Shown piece by piece: positions 32,598 through 43,123 of a DNA stretch of 51,392 nt. The DNA comes from Staphylococcus phage MVC_VPHSA1. Below the pieces are notes generated by a model. That model ran no database searches, was not told the origin of the DNA, and saw only the letters and a list, made by a program, of their open reading frames with translations. The stretch lies in sequence record OR670591.1; one strand, given 5' to 3'. Position numbers and translations under genes: made by a program. Every line of letters begins with the position of its first letter. Position 1 is the stretch's first letter.

Positions 32598-35500
32598 CTG
32601 ACAAATTACAGGTAGTACAAGAAAAGCAAACAGTATCTTATGTAGAAATTCATACTCACAGTTGTGGAAGCTTTAAAGATGCACACTCTAGAGTTGATAA
32701 GTTGGTAGCGAGAGCTAAAGAGCTTGGTCAAAAGCTGTTGCTCTTACTGACCATGGCGCACTCCACTTGATTCCTTCATTGTTCGCTGAGTGCGACAAAC
32801 AAGGTATTAAACCGTTAGCAGGAATGGAAGGATATATTACAGAAGTCAGAGGCGGTCATGGTAAAACTACAGAGAACTACCACCAGTTATATGTTGTAAA
32901 GAATCAGACTGGTTGGCGCAACCTCATGAAGCTCAGCTCAGAGGCTTACCGTACTGGTTTTCACAACAGACCAAGAGCTGACTGGGAACTACTTGAGAAG
33001 CACCACGAGGGGCTTATAGCAACGAGCAGTTGTCTTGCTGGAATGATACCTCAAGCTATACTGAAAGGCGAACTCAAGGAAGCTAGAAGGCTTACAAAGC
33101 GTTTTGTTAATATCTTTGGCGACGACTTCTATCTTGAGATTCAACCTACTCCACAAGCAGAGCAGTACATCGTTAACAAGGAGCTAGTCAAAATAAGTAA
33201 AGAGCTTGGAGTCAAACTCGTAGCGAGCGGTGACGTTCACTATGTAAATGCAGAGGACAAAATAGCTCACCAAGGTATGCTCTGTCTAGGTCGTGGAAAG
33301 AAAATGCTTGCAGAAGATACTCCAGAGTATCCATGTGAGGAATACTACTACATGAAAGATGCTCGTGAAATGGCTAGTATCTTCATAAAGAACGGACTAG
33401 AAAAAGCTCCAGTGATTGAAGCCCTTAACGCTACTCTTGAGATAGCTGACAAAGTAGATTTTAAACTTGAGAAGGTTGAAGGTTTGCTCCCTCAGTTTCC
33501 AGTAGCAAAAGGAACTACAATTGACAAAGAGATTGGCGCAGCTGTCAAGGAAGGACTACTCAGAAAAGTACACCCAGTAACTAAGACGTATGTGGACCGC
33601 ATTAACTTTGAGCTGGGAGTTATTCGTGAGAAAGGCTTCCAAGATTACTTTATGATTGTATCTGATGCGCTCAAGTTTTGTAGAGCTAACCACATTATGA
33701 CAGCACCAGCTAGGGGCTCAGCTGGAGGCTCACTAGTCGCTTACTTGCTAGATATAACTGAGGTTGACCCTATACCACATGGATTGTACTTGAGCGATTC
33801 CTAGATATTACTCGTTTGAAATTCCCTGATATTGACACAGATATTGAGGATGTAAGACGTTATGAACTCATTGAGTATCTACGTGAAAAGTATGGTCGTG
33901 ACAAGGTAGCACAGATAGTGAACACGGTGTACATGACAGCTAAGACAGCTTACAAGAACGCACTCGCTATTTATGATATTCCTTTGGTGAATCTCAACGG
34001 ATTACCAACTTAGTACCAGACGGACTGACTCTTGAGGAAGCATACGCACAAGTCCCAGAGCTACGAAAATTGAGAACTAGCTCAAAGAAAATGAAACGCA
34101 ACAGCAAGAAAGCTAAAGAGAACAAACACATACAAGACTGGGTATATGAAAAAGACATTGCTCAGATGGCTGAACTATTTGAGGGAGTGCTTGAGAAGTT
34201 TGGGAAACATGCAGGAGGCGTGCTCATAAGCCCAACGCCAATTACAGACCACTTCCCAACGTTCTTACCAGACCCAAATGGAGCACCAGAGAACATTGTA
34301 ACTCAATGGAACAAAGACGAGATTGAACAGTATGGAGGCATTAAGTTTGACTTCCTTGGTTTAAAGACTCTGAGAGTAATAGGTACAGCTTTGGAGTCAA
34401 TCTACAGAGAAACTGGTGAGCGTCCTGACATCTTGCATATAGCTAAAATGGCTAATGACCCAGAGGTATACGCTAAGATTGCTAGAGGCGAAACAGCCAA
34501 CGTCTTCCAGTTTAACTCACAAGGTATGCAGCAGCTTTGTAAATCTGTTAAGCCAACTCGATTCGAGCACCTAGTAGCCATAAACGCATTGTACCGACCA
34601 CCAGCTCTAGCCTCTGGAGATACTTGGCGCTACGCTCGCATTAAGAATGGTGAGGAAGCAGAGCACTACAGCCACCCTGACGAGCGTAACATTACAGGTG
34701 AAACCTTTGGAGTCATTACCTTCCAAGAGCACGTTATGGAGATTGTACACGTTTGCTGGTTGGGATTACGGACGAGGCGACAAGTTACGTAAAGCTAGTG
34801 CTGAGGAGCTTGAAGCTATGCGCTCAGAGTTTATTGAGGACGCACTCAACAAGTACGATTTTAACCCAGACAACACTGAGTTTGTTAAGCAGATGGATGA
34901 ACTATGGAGTCGTATTGTACGCTATATGGGTTACGGTTTCAACAAGTCCCACGGAGTAGCATACTCAATGATAAGCTACATGACAGCTTGGTTAGAGCAC
35001 CACTTCCCTACTCACTTCCAAGCAGCACTTATGAGCACGAAAATGAGTGACCTAGACAAAATAGCTCAAGTCTTTCAAGATGTGCGACGAGAGGGCTTTG
35101 ACTTCCAAGCTCCAGATATTAATAAGTCTGGTCTTACTTTCATGGCTACAAGCACTAAGATTGTATTTCCTCTCTTAGTAATTAAAGGAGTAGGTGACGG
35201 AGCTGTAAAAGGTATTCTGGAAGCTCGTGAAGCTGGCAGGTTTACTTCTCTTGAGAACTTCATGGAACGTATTGACCGACGAGTTGTAAATGCTAGACCT
35301 ATGAGACCACTTATACTTGCTGGAGCGTTTGACGAGATAGAGCCAGACCTAACAAGAATGGAAGTACTCGTTAAGTATTACAAGCTCAAAGGTGATTCGA
35401 AAAAGAAAATTGCAGAGGTGGAAGCTGAGGAGTGGAATGAGAACATAATGGCTGAGTACGAAAAAACTTTACTTGGCGTTTACATTACAGCTCACCCTCT

Positions 35501-35779
35501 TGAGAAGTACCACTTTAAAAACTGGCAGGACTTTGCAGAGGGCTACAAGAAGACTCTTATTGGTGGCTGTGTGACATCTATTAAGACGATTAATGACCGC
35601 TCTGGTAGACGAATGGCTTTCGTAGGGATTGATACTCTACAGGGACTACGTGAGGTCACAGTCTTTGCTAACCAGTTTAAAAGTATGAACACCTGATTGT
35701 CAAGAACAAAGTAGTCAAAGTCTCTGGAGAGAAACAGGGAGAGAAACTATTGGCTAACAGAATCGAGGAGTTGAACTGA
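32594..35779 (+). CDS. dnaE: DNA polymerase III alpha subunit (DnaE-type), split into >=5 frame pieces
   Basis: PHP domain (VEIHTHS, AVALTDHG), a palm region with PDIDTD, and a C-terminal OB region. The last open segment reaches the TGA at 35777-35779. Track fragments are 32767-33804, 33816-34013, 34070-34792 and 34647-35696. Confidence 0.85.
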
Positions 35780-36628
35780 TGAATTTAATCGAGTTGTACC
35801 CAAAGAAGTATATTAGTTACTCGCAGCTTTCTTCTTATGAGAGCTGTCCTCACACTTACTTTAGAACCTACATTCTAGGTATTCGAAAAGGAAATAAGTA
35901 CACAGCACTTGGGAGCGTGCTTCATGAGGTGTTTGAGCTACAAGGGAAACAACTAATAGCCAAACGACCTTTGACTCTAGACAGCGTATTTCAAAAGTTT
36001 AATAACCTGTACTTCAACAAAGAGAAAGTACCACAACATTACTTTGATGACAAGGAAGACTACATTAAGATGTACAAAAAGGTTGTGAAGCTATACGGAA
36101 TTTCTATGAGTTTTACAAAGACCAAGTACCTACTTTTATAGAGAAAAGTTTGAGACGAAACTTGTTGACGATATACCACCAGTACTTGGCTACATTGACC
36201 GTATAGACGGTGACCCCTCAGACGCTTCAACTTGGATTGTAACGGACTATAAGTCTGGCTCAAGTGTTAAGTCTAAAGAGTTTTTAAATACTGATATACA
36301 GCTCGCTATATACGCTCAAGCTATTTTTAAGCAGTATGGAGCTTATCCAGCAGCGGTACAATATTTTCACCCAGTCATTTCTAAGTGGCAGAAAGCCATT
36401 CACCAAGGAGACGGAATCTATAAGTATACAAACCAACGAGCTCCAGTTTGTCAATTCTCTGTAGCTGACGCAATGATTAAAGCGAGAAAGATAGTTGAGG
36501 AGATTTGCAACTCAGTAGTTACGGATACATGGAACAAGTATACTGATGGCTGGGGCTGCAAGAACTGTTTCCATTTCAAAGAGTGTAGACCTTTCGAGGG
36601 AGACTCGTGGGGCGCTATCGTAAACTAA
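35779..36628 (+). CDS. Cas4/RecB-like PD-(D/E)XK exonuclease with 4-Cys cluster (frame change ~36110-36141)
   Basis: N-terminal SYSQLSSYESCPHTYF, a core YIDRIDG...IVTDYKSG, and a C-terminal motif CKNCFHFKEC. Confidence 0.55.
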
Positions 36629-36641
36629 AGGAGGAACTAAT

Positions 36642-36809
36642 ATGAATAACCGTAAATATGGATGGAAAATTGATTTTGATGTACACCAGAAAGGAACTGT
36701 GTTGTTTGGCGCTAACTTCAACACGAATGACCACTTTGGAGGACAGCGTGAAAGTTATGTCTGTTTGTATCTTTTCAAGGTCACTGTGATTATTGGAAAG
36801 TTTCACTAA
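36642..36809 (+). CDS. small hypothetical protein (55 aa)
   Basis: RBS AAAGGAGGAAC. Confidence 0.3.
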   Translation: MNNRKYGWKIDFDVHQKGTVLFGANFNTNDHFGGQRESYVCLYLFKVTVIIGKFH

Positions 36810-36827
36810 AAAGTTTGACGAATTTTG

Positions 36828-36856
36828 TTGACACTCTGGTATGACTGTAGTAAGAT
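36828..36856 (+). promoter_or_regulatory. sigma-A promoter TTGACA-17-TAAGAT with GGTATGAC in spacer
   Basis: Near-identical to the minus-strand promoter at 6041-6069. Confidence 0.55.
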
Positions 36857-36879
36857 TAATATAAGAAAGGTTGGATGTT

Positions 36880-37323
36880 ATGAGTAAGTTTAACGCACAG
36901 AAAGTTATCGTAGATGGCATTAAGTTTGATAGTGAGGTAGAGAGCAGATACTATGCTCACCTCAAGAGGCTCAAACATCTTGGCGAGATAAAGGATTTCA
37001 CTATGCAGCCAGCTTTCGTACTACAAGAAGCTTTTACAAAGCACGGTAAAAACTACCCAGCTATTAAATATAAAGCTGACTTCCAAGTCTGGTACAACGA
37101 TGGAACAACAAAAGTGATTGACATTAAAGGAATGAAGACTCCAGAGTTTAAACTCAAAGAGAAGCTTTACGCCAAACAATTCGATGTCCAGCTCATATGT
37201 ATTTGTGAGTCTAACATAGATGGTGGCTGGATAGAGTTTGAAGCTTTACAGAAAGCCAGAGCAGCTAGAAAGAAAGAAAAGAGAAGCTTGACAAAGCGAT
37301 ACTCAAAGACTTTAACTCTATAG
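36880..37323 (+). CDS. DUF1064-like phage protein (putative nuclease fold)
   Basis: Pattern KFDSEVESRYYAHL...DFQVWYNDGTTKVIDIKG. Confidence 0.45.
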   Translation: MSKFNAQKVIVDGIKFDSEVESRYYAHLKRLKHLGEIKDFTMQPAFVLQEAFTKHGKNYPAIKYKADFQVWYNDGTTKVIDIKGMKTPEFKLKEKLYAKQFDVQLICICESNIDGGWIEFEALQKARAARKKEKRSLTKRYSKTLTL

Positions 37324-37430
37324 TTTTAACTCGAAATGTGAGCACCCAAGACACAATAAAACATTTAGCAACAAAGTACTCTGTAACAGTCAACCGAGTT
37401 AAAAAACTAGTCGAAAAGGGAACAAATAAT

Positions 37431-38110
37431 ATGAGCAACTTACCATTGAATGATACACAAAAGCTAATGAGCTTAGCACTATCTGGGGTAGCTCCACAGC
37501 AGCACGACAAACATGTAAATGAGGGTATGGTACTTGCAGCTCAAAACGGTGACAGTGAGGCTATGTGGTCACTAATGCAAGAATATGTAGACGTACTGAG
37601 CGTGATACTTCACAGACCTACTAAGCCACCTCGTAAAGCTAAAGCGCTGCAAAAGCTGTGGGCTAACCCTAGTTTTCAAGACTACGAGGACTTGTTCCAA
37701 GAGTCTTTACTAGAATTTATTATCTTGGTTAATGAGTACCACCCAGAGAGGGAAGCTTTGAGCGTTACGTGAGAGCTAAACTTCACCAGCGAGTATTTGA
37801 CCGCTTTTTCTCGGAGTACTTGGCTACTCAGATTAACGAAATTGAGTTTGACGAAAAGATTAAAGCCAGCATGAAGCAATGGAAGTGGAGGACGAGGAAG
37901 ACCCAAAGCTCCCAGCTCAATATCTTGAACTCTACCAAGCTCTCAATAAACTAACAAGTCGCCAGCGTCAAGTTATTGAGCTCTCAGTCTTCAAGAAGTG
38001 GAACTCCACAGAGGTAGGTAATGAGATTAGTATAAGTCCAGCAACAGTGCGTGTAACTCTAAAGAAAGCTCTTAAAAAATTAAGAAATGAATTGGAGGAG
38101 TCAAGTTATG
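37431..38110 (+). CDS. phage sigma-70 family sigma factor (regions 2 and 4), frame pieces 37338-37772 / 37769-37954 / 37879-~38110; 3' end uncertain
   Basis: Region 2.3-2.4-like motif FERYVRAKLHQRVFDRF. Region 4 HTH LTSRQRQVIELSVFKKWNSTEVGNEISISPATVRVTLKKALKKL. Confidence 0.6.
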
Positions 38111-38491
38111 GAGAAGAAAAATTGCTTAGGTTGCCGTCACAGCTCAGCTTACAAGAAAGATTTCAAAGGGGAAACGGTACGATGTTTGCTGGCAGAGACA
38201 CTTTTCGGTACAGACAAAAACGGAGAGCGTCGAGTAAAGGTTTTACCAGAAAGTCAATGCGGTCAGTGGGAGCAAAGCAGCGATACTAGAGACGTACCAG
38301 TTGACAATAAGTTTTTCCACTGTCCAGCTTGCCACTATACAGGAGCTTTGTTGTTACCTCACCAAGTAATGGGAGCTCTACAGGATGAAGTAGACGTTGA
38401 CGACATCGTTTATGATATGGAGGTAGAAGGAACTATACAAACGTGTCCGTTGTGCGACGGAGAGGGAACACTGGATGAGCTGGCTGATTAG
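38108..38491 (+). CDS. Cys-rich zinc-ribbon protein (8 Cys in CxxC pairs); possible anti-sigma factor or C-terminal domain of the sigma factor
   Basis: RBS GGAGGAG. Cys pairs at CLGC, CPAC and CPLC. Confidence 0.45.
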   Translation: MEKKNCLGCRHSSAYKKDFKGETVRCLLAETLFGTDKNGERRVKVLPESQCGQWEQSSDTRDVPVDNKFFHCPACHYTGALLLPHQVMGALQDEVDVDDIVYDMEVEGTIQTCPLCDGEGTLDELAD

Positions 38492-38561
38492 TGGACTTGG
38501 AATTGTCGCACTCGCTGTAGGTTTGCCAATAGCTATAAAAGACTTTATAGGAGTGATACGG

Positions 38562-38732
38562 AATGATTAACGGATTGATTACTATATTGTATGTTGTTGC
38601 TTTCTTGTATATGACTCTAGTAGTACTCGGATGCTTACGAAAAGTTTTTCTAGGTGAGTTTAAAGGGCTTGACACTTTTAACACATTCGCTTTCATTATG
38701 TGCTGGTTTGCTTTAATAAAAATAGTTTTCTA
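38562..38732 (+). CDS. small membrane protein (56 aa)
   Basis: Two hydrophobic segments. Preceded by a 31-aa hydrophobic peptide ORF at 38470-38565. Confidence 0.3.
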
Positions 38733-38738
38733 AAAGCT

Positions 38739-38766
38739 TGCACCAAAGTATGACTAGAGTAATACA
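38739..38766 (+). promoter_or_regulatory. sigma-A-like promoter TTGCAC-16-TAATAC with AGTATGAC in spacer
   Basis: GTATGAC lies at 38749-38755. Confidence 0.45.
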
Positions 38767-38849
38767 ATGGTAGTACCTACAGTGAGGCTGGCTACTGACT
38801 CGACTCTGGTTGGTCTCGCTACCAAGTAAAAACTAGGAGGTACAAACTA

Positions 38850-39146
38850 ATGGAGAAATGTAACTGTAAATTATGTGAAGCTCGTGAGTTCTTCACTGGG
38901 TTTGACAAGAATGGTAAGTATACTGGAGAGGTAACCGAGACACCTTCCATATATAAAGAGGTTGTAGAAATACACCACATATTGCTTGAGAGTGGGGCTT
39001 CAATAGCCTTACTGAATAGATTGGCTGAGTTGGCTGACAGACTCGATGAACTAGACACAAACTTACTGGAATTGCACACAGAGGCAGCTGAGCCAAAAGA
39101 ATATATAAGACAACAAATTGATAAGCTGAGAGGGGAATTATACTAA
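38850..39146 (+). CDS. hypothetical protein with N-terminal CxCxxC motif
   Basis: RBS AGGAGGT. Confidence 0.4.
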   Translation: MEKCNCKLCEAREFFTGFDKNGKYTGEVTETPSIYKEVVEIHHILLESGASIALLNRLAELADRLDELDTNLLELHTEAAEPKEYIRQQIDKLRGELY

Positions 39147-39883
39147 TGAAAGTAACTTTAATTGGTCACACACAACTATCTCAAGAGTTTAAAAATGAAT
39201 TGATTGCAGCTGAGAAGGCTGTACTTGCACAAACAAAACCAGCAGGTCAACATATAGCTCTTACAGCTATTCGCACCTGCTACTCAGCTAACAAGCCAAG
39301 TGAAATAGTAGCCCTTGAGGGAGACAAATACTTCAAAGAAAAAGCTACCGAGGGTGAAGGCAAGGAGATTGACCGACTAATTAGAATGATTGTCCATAGC
39401 GGTCATACTAGTACGCTGGAACATATCTCATTTATATTTGCTGTAGAGGATGTCTCACGAGCGCTACTGGCTCAACTCACTCGCCACCGTGTAGGGTTTG
39501 GCTTTTCGGTCCAGTCTCAACGGTATGTAAAGCAAAGCTCTGACAGCAAACACGGAAGCTTTGGCTATGTAGTGCCTGAGAAGGTTAATAAAAATGATGT
39601 GACTCAAGCAGTATTTGAACAATCTATGCAACACGCACAACGTACCTATGACACTCTCATTAAATGCGGTGTACCTCAAGAAGATGCACGAGCAGTACTT
39701 CCTCAAGCTGCAACTTGTAACTTAACACTGTCAGTGAACCTGAGAGCGCTACTTGATTTTTACTCAAAGAGAATGACTGGAAAGGGAGCACAACAAGAAA
39801 TAACTGTTTTAGCTGAGAAACTGAAAGAGGAAGTTGTGAAGGTAGAGCCTTGGATAGAGGGATTCTTTGGAGGTGCTAAATAA
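39146..39883 (+). CDS. thyX: flavin-dependent thymidylate synthase
   Basis: ThyX signature RHRVGFGFSVQSQRY (RHR...S...SxRY). Confidence 0.85.
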   Translation: MKVTLIGHTQLSQEFKNELIAAEKAVLAQTKPAGQHIALTAIRTCYSANKPSEIVALEGDKYFKEKATEGEGKEIDRLIRMIVHSGHTSTLEHISFIFAVEDVSRALLAQLTRHRVGFGFSVQSQRYVKQSSDSKHGSFGYVVPEKVNKNDVTQAVFEQSMQHAQRTYDTLIKCGVPQEDARAVLPQAATCNLTLSVNLRALLDFYSKRMTGKGAQQEITVLAEKLKEEVVKVEPWIEGFFGGAK

Positions 39884-40083
39884 TGAAAGGTCAACTTATT
39901 AATATTAAGCTCAACGACACAAACGTTATAAAAGCTGAGTACCAATATGAAATACCTATAGAGCAAGCCCTTAATTTCAAAAGCATAATAGTGATTGATT
40001 ACTACACAAATAAAACTATCTACATTCCAACTCATAGCATTATGTACATTACGGAGGACGACACTAAAAGAATTGGATTCTAG
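39883..40083 (+). CDS. hypothetical protein (66 aa)
   Basis: ORF with overlapping start (TAATG). Confidence 0.35.
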   Translation: MKGQLINIKLNDTNVIKAEYQYEIPIEQALNFKSIIVIDYYTNKTIYIPTHSIMYITEDDTKRIGF

Positions 40084-40095
40084 GAGGTCTGGCTC

Positions 40096-40263
40096 ATGGT
40101 GCGCTCAATAGGAAAAGTGGCTCGTAACTTAGCGAGGAAGCAACTCAATGGTAAGGATATTCGCAGCAAGATAGCTGGTGAGTGCAAGTATAATGGTTGG
40201 TCAGAAAGTAAACTCAAGCGTTTAGTCAAGGAAGAAATACAAATGATGGAAGGGAAGCGGTAA
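40096..40263 (+). CDS. small basic protein (55 aa)
   Basis: RBS AGGAGGT. The track lists only an overlapping minus ORF, which was rejected. Confidence 0.35.
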   Translation: MVRSIGKVARNLARKQLNGKDIRSKIAGECKYNGWSESKLKRLVKEEIQMMEGKR

Positions 40264-40264
40264 A

Positions 40265-40831
40265 GTGAAAAGATTACCAAACATAGCTTTGCTGGCTCGT
40301 ACTAGAGCTGGCAAGGATACTTTCTTTAAGATAGCTGAGGAGCTTGGCTACCACGTTCGTAGAGTAGCTTATGGAGATACTATGAAGCGCATGTTTCACA
40401 ATGACTTTCCAATGATACCAAGCGTGCCAAAGCCAATAGCTCATTACCAGAAGTACAACTTCATGAGAGAGATTGACTCAGAGGTATTTGTGAGACCAAC
40501 CATAGCAGATGTATTGCTACACAAAAACACACTGACTCAATATGGATTGAACGTACCAACTTATATCTTTACTGATGTGCGTCAACTCAATGAGCACCAA
40601 GCGTGCGAGCAACTAGGTTGTGTGTTTGTAAGGATTGAAGCTGATGAGTCTGTGAGAGCTGAACGAATGAGAGAGGCTGGTGAAGAAGTTAATGAGAAAA
40701 TACTTAATGCGCCAACTGAAAGAGCTGTTGATGTGTTGCGTGCTGATTACGTTATTACTAATAACGGAGATTCCAAGTTATTCGAACAACAAGTTAAAAA
40801 CTTATTACAGAAATTGGAGGTAGCAAACTAA
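40265..40831 (+). CDS. deoxynucleoside monophosphate kinase (T4 gp1-like)
   Basis: P-loop LLARTRAGKDT, matching the T4 gp1-type SGKDT motif. Confidence 0.65.
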   Translation: MKRLPNIALLARTRAGKDTFFKIAEELGYHVRRVAYGDTMKRMFHNDFPMIPSVPKPIAHYQKYNFMREIDSEVFVRPTIADVLLHKNTLTQYGLNVPTYIFTDVRQLNEHQACEQLGCVFVRIEADESVRAERMREAGEEVNEKILNAPTERAVDVLRADYVITNNGDSKLFEQQVKNLLQKLEVAN

Positions 40832-41376
40832 TGGGAAGACATATTCAGATTGGCGCAATAGGTGAGTGGGAAGACGAAATAACAGTTTATGCGTATGAGG
40901 GAAGTAACTCAGAAGTTGGGGACACCTCAGAAGTAAATATTGAGACAGCCAACGAAAACAATTACTACTCAGTAGAACAAGCCAAAGAGCTCATTACTTT
41001 ACTGCAACAAGCAGTTGACAAGATTGAAGGTAATGACCCAGCTGCTACTGAGGAAGGCTACAGAGTCGAGACTCAACGCACAGCTGGTAAGTTTGCAACT
41101 GTAGAGGAAGAACTAACTATGCTCTGTATGGGATTAGCTGGAGAGTCTGGCGAGGTAGTTGACACTATTAAGAAAGTTGTCTTCCACGGTCACCCTCTAG
41201 ACATTGACGAACTCAAGAAAGAGCTAGGTGACACTCACTGGTACTTTACTCGCTTGATGGATACTCTTGGGATTGACCCTAAAGAGGTACGACAACTGAA
41301 CGTTGAGAAGTTACGGAAAAGGTATCCTCAAGGATTCAGCTCAGAAGACTCAATTAAGCGTGTTGACAATAATTAA
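40831..41376 (+). CDS. MazG-like nucleoside triphosphate pyrophosphohydrolase
   Basis: Motif LAGESGEVVDTIKK...ELGDTHWYFTRL. Confidence 0.7.
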   Translation: MGRHIQIGAIGEWEDEITVYAYEGSNSEVGDTSEVNIETANENNYYSVEQAKELITLLQQAVDKIEGNDPAATEEGYRVETQRTAGKFATVEEELTMLCMGLAGESGEVVDTIKKVVFHGHPLDIDELKKELGDTHWYFTRLMDTLGIDPKEVRQLNVEKLRKRYPQGFSSEDSIKRVDNN

Positions 41377-41422
41377 CACTTGACATATACTGAAAGTATA
41401 AATATGAAGGGAGCTGATTATC

Positions 41423-41701
41423 ATGAAACCGTGGAAACCGCTAGACATTAACTCATTAGAAAGGAATACTCCAAAGTTCAAAGGTAGCAAAGCAACACGA
41501 GCTGGTGACTTAATTCATGTCAAGTACCAACTAAAGAGAATGGTCATTCACAAGGATACGATTCACTTTGCTGCTGCTGAGCGGAGATTCTGGAGAGGTT
41601 GGTGTCTGGTAGTTAACACTCTTGGTGGTCAGCATGTCATGAAGATGAATAAGAAGTATGCTAGATTGACTGCTCAACATATAAACGCAATGACTAGGTA
41701 G
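41423..41701 (+). CDS. hypothetical protein (92 aa)
   Basis: ORF followed by a terminator. Confidence 0.4.
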   Translation: MKPWKPLDINSLERNTPKFKGSKATRAGDLIHVKYQLKRMVIHKDTIHFAAAERRFWRGWCLVVNTLGGQHVMKMNKKYARLTAQHINAMTR

Positions 41702-41727
41702 GGACTAAAAAGTCTCTACTTTTTTTA
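41698..41727 (+). terminator. rho-independent terminator
   Basis: Hairpin GTAGGGAC-taaaaa-GTCTCTAC with one G-U pair, followed by TTTTTTTA. Confidence 0.6.
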
Positions 41728-41874
41728 TGCCTGATGAGTTCTAAGACATTCTGCTTAGTGTATACCTTATAACATACCAATTAAATTGCTCAGCTGGAAG
41801 TCACACCGAGTATATACCAGATGCAGTCATGTAGCTCCTCAACCTCACTTTAGAGGATGCTCGATAGATGTAAC

Positions 41875-41891
41875 TATTACTTACAGTAATA
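41875..41891. promoter_or_regulatory. perfect inverted repeat TATTACT-tac-AGTAATA overlapping a TAATAT -10-like hexamer in a 200-bp untranslated leader
   Basis: Read directly from the sequence, upstream of the FtsK-like gene. Confidence 0.35.
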
Positions 41892-41925
41892 TAACACTGT
41901 GGCGCAGCTAAGGAGGGAAAGCAAA

Positions 41926-43066
41926 ATGATTTTCGAGGCAGCAAGCACTATGCTTATGGGAGGGATTTCTCTCTATGCATACTTGAAGCAAAACGGAGCA
42001 ACAAACGACCAGCAAAGAATCCAAAAGTTATTTACTTTAAGTGGTCTGAACGTGAAGCACGGAGGCAAGACCTACACAGCTCAGCTGGTCCGAAAAAACA
42101 ACATGACTGGGGCGTCCAATATGTGTACCGTATTCCAGAAGGTCGTCAATTTAGTGACTACGAGGACAAAATAGGAATCCTAAAAGATGGACTGAACAAC
42201 AGAGCTGCTAAATTCAACCTCAAAAGTTTTCTCAAAAGGAGAAGCTAGGAGGACACAAGGAAGTAGAACTCAGCTTTGATGGAATGCTACACGTTAAGGT
42301 ATATGACCAACCATTTCCTACAGAGATTCCCTACCTCACAGAAGATACTAAGGGCTGGAAAGTACCACTAGGAGTCAAGCGAGACGGTAAAGAGGTGTAT
42401 CTGGACTTTGAGAAGACTCCACATGCAGGGCTCGGAGGTGCTACGAGATACGGTAAGAGTAACTTACTCAATAGTATTATCATTTCATTGTTGCACTCTC
42501 AGCCAAACAATACAGAGTTTACCTTCATTGATTTAAAAGGAGGAGTAGAGCTCTGTGACTACGAGAACTTAAAGCAAACCCAAAGTATTGCTTATGAGCC
42601 AGAAGAAGCTCTCAAGGCTCTGGAGGCTGCTTACAATGGTATGCGTAAAGTACAGAACAAACTCAAAGGCAAAGCTAAGAAGGTACAGGACGCTGGCTTG
42701 CTCAAGAGACACTTTATTATCATTGACGAGGTAGGAGAACTGAACCCAGCAGAAGCAACTGACAAGGCTGATAAGAAACTAAAAGAGGAATGTCAACGTT
42801 ACATGTCCCAAATAGCTCGACTCGGGGCTGGCTTAGGGTACAGACTGATAGTGGCTACACAGTACCCAACTGGTGACGTTATTCCTCGTGCAGTCAAACA
42901 AAACTGTGACGTTAAGATATGCTTTCGAGTTCGTAACTCTACAGCCAGTCAAGTAGTACTTGATGAGGGAGGAGCTGAAAAGCTTCCAGCTGTGAAGGGT
43001 AGAGCTATAGTGCAATTAGCTGACAAGCAAGAAATACTCCAGACATTTTTATTAATACTGAGGTAA
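41926..43066 (+). CDS. FtsK/SpoIIIE-family DNA-translocase-like ATPase (three frame pieces)
   Basis: Walker A HAGLGGATRYGKSNLL and Walker B FIIIDEVGE. RBS AAGGAGGG before the ATG at 41926. Breaks lie next to A-runs at ~42096-42101 and ~42226-42230. Confidence 0.55.
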
Positions 43067-43123
43067 TTAGCCAAGTCAGCTCTCCATATATTACTAATAT
43101 AAGCAAAAGGGTGGTGCTCGCAG

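Noticed and set aside
39146-39883. Calling ThyX a base-hypermodification enzyme
   Set aside because: The sequence has the ordinary ThyX signature and no accompanying transferase or glycosylase genes were seen. This is kept only as a low-weight hypothesis in the findings.
38433-40280. Minus-strand ORFs 38433..38696, 38819..39096, 39464..40035, 40080..40280
   Set aside because: They overlap + strand genes that have strong RBSs and recognisable products (ThyX, small proteins). They are antisense artefacts.
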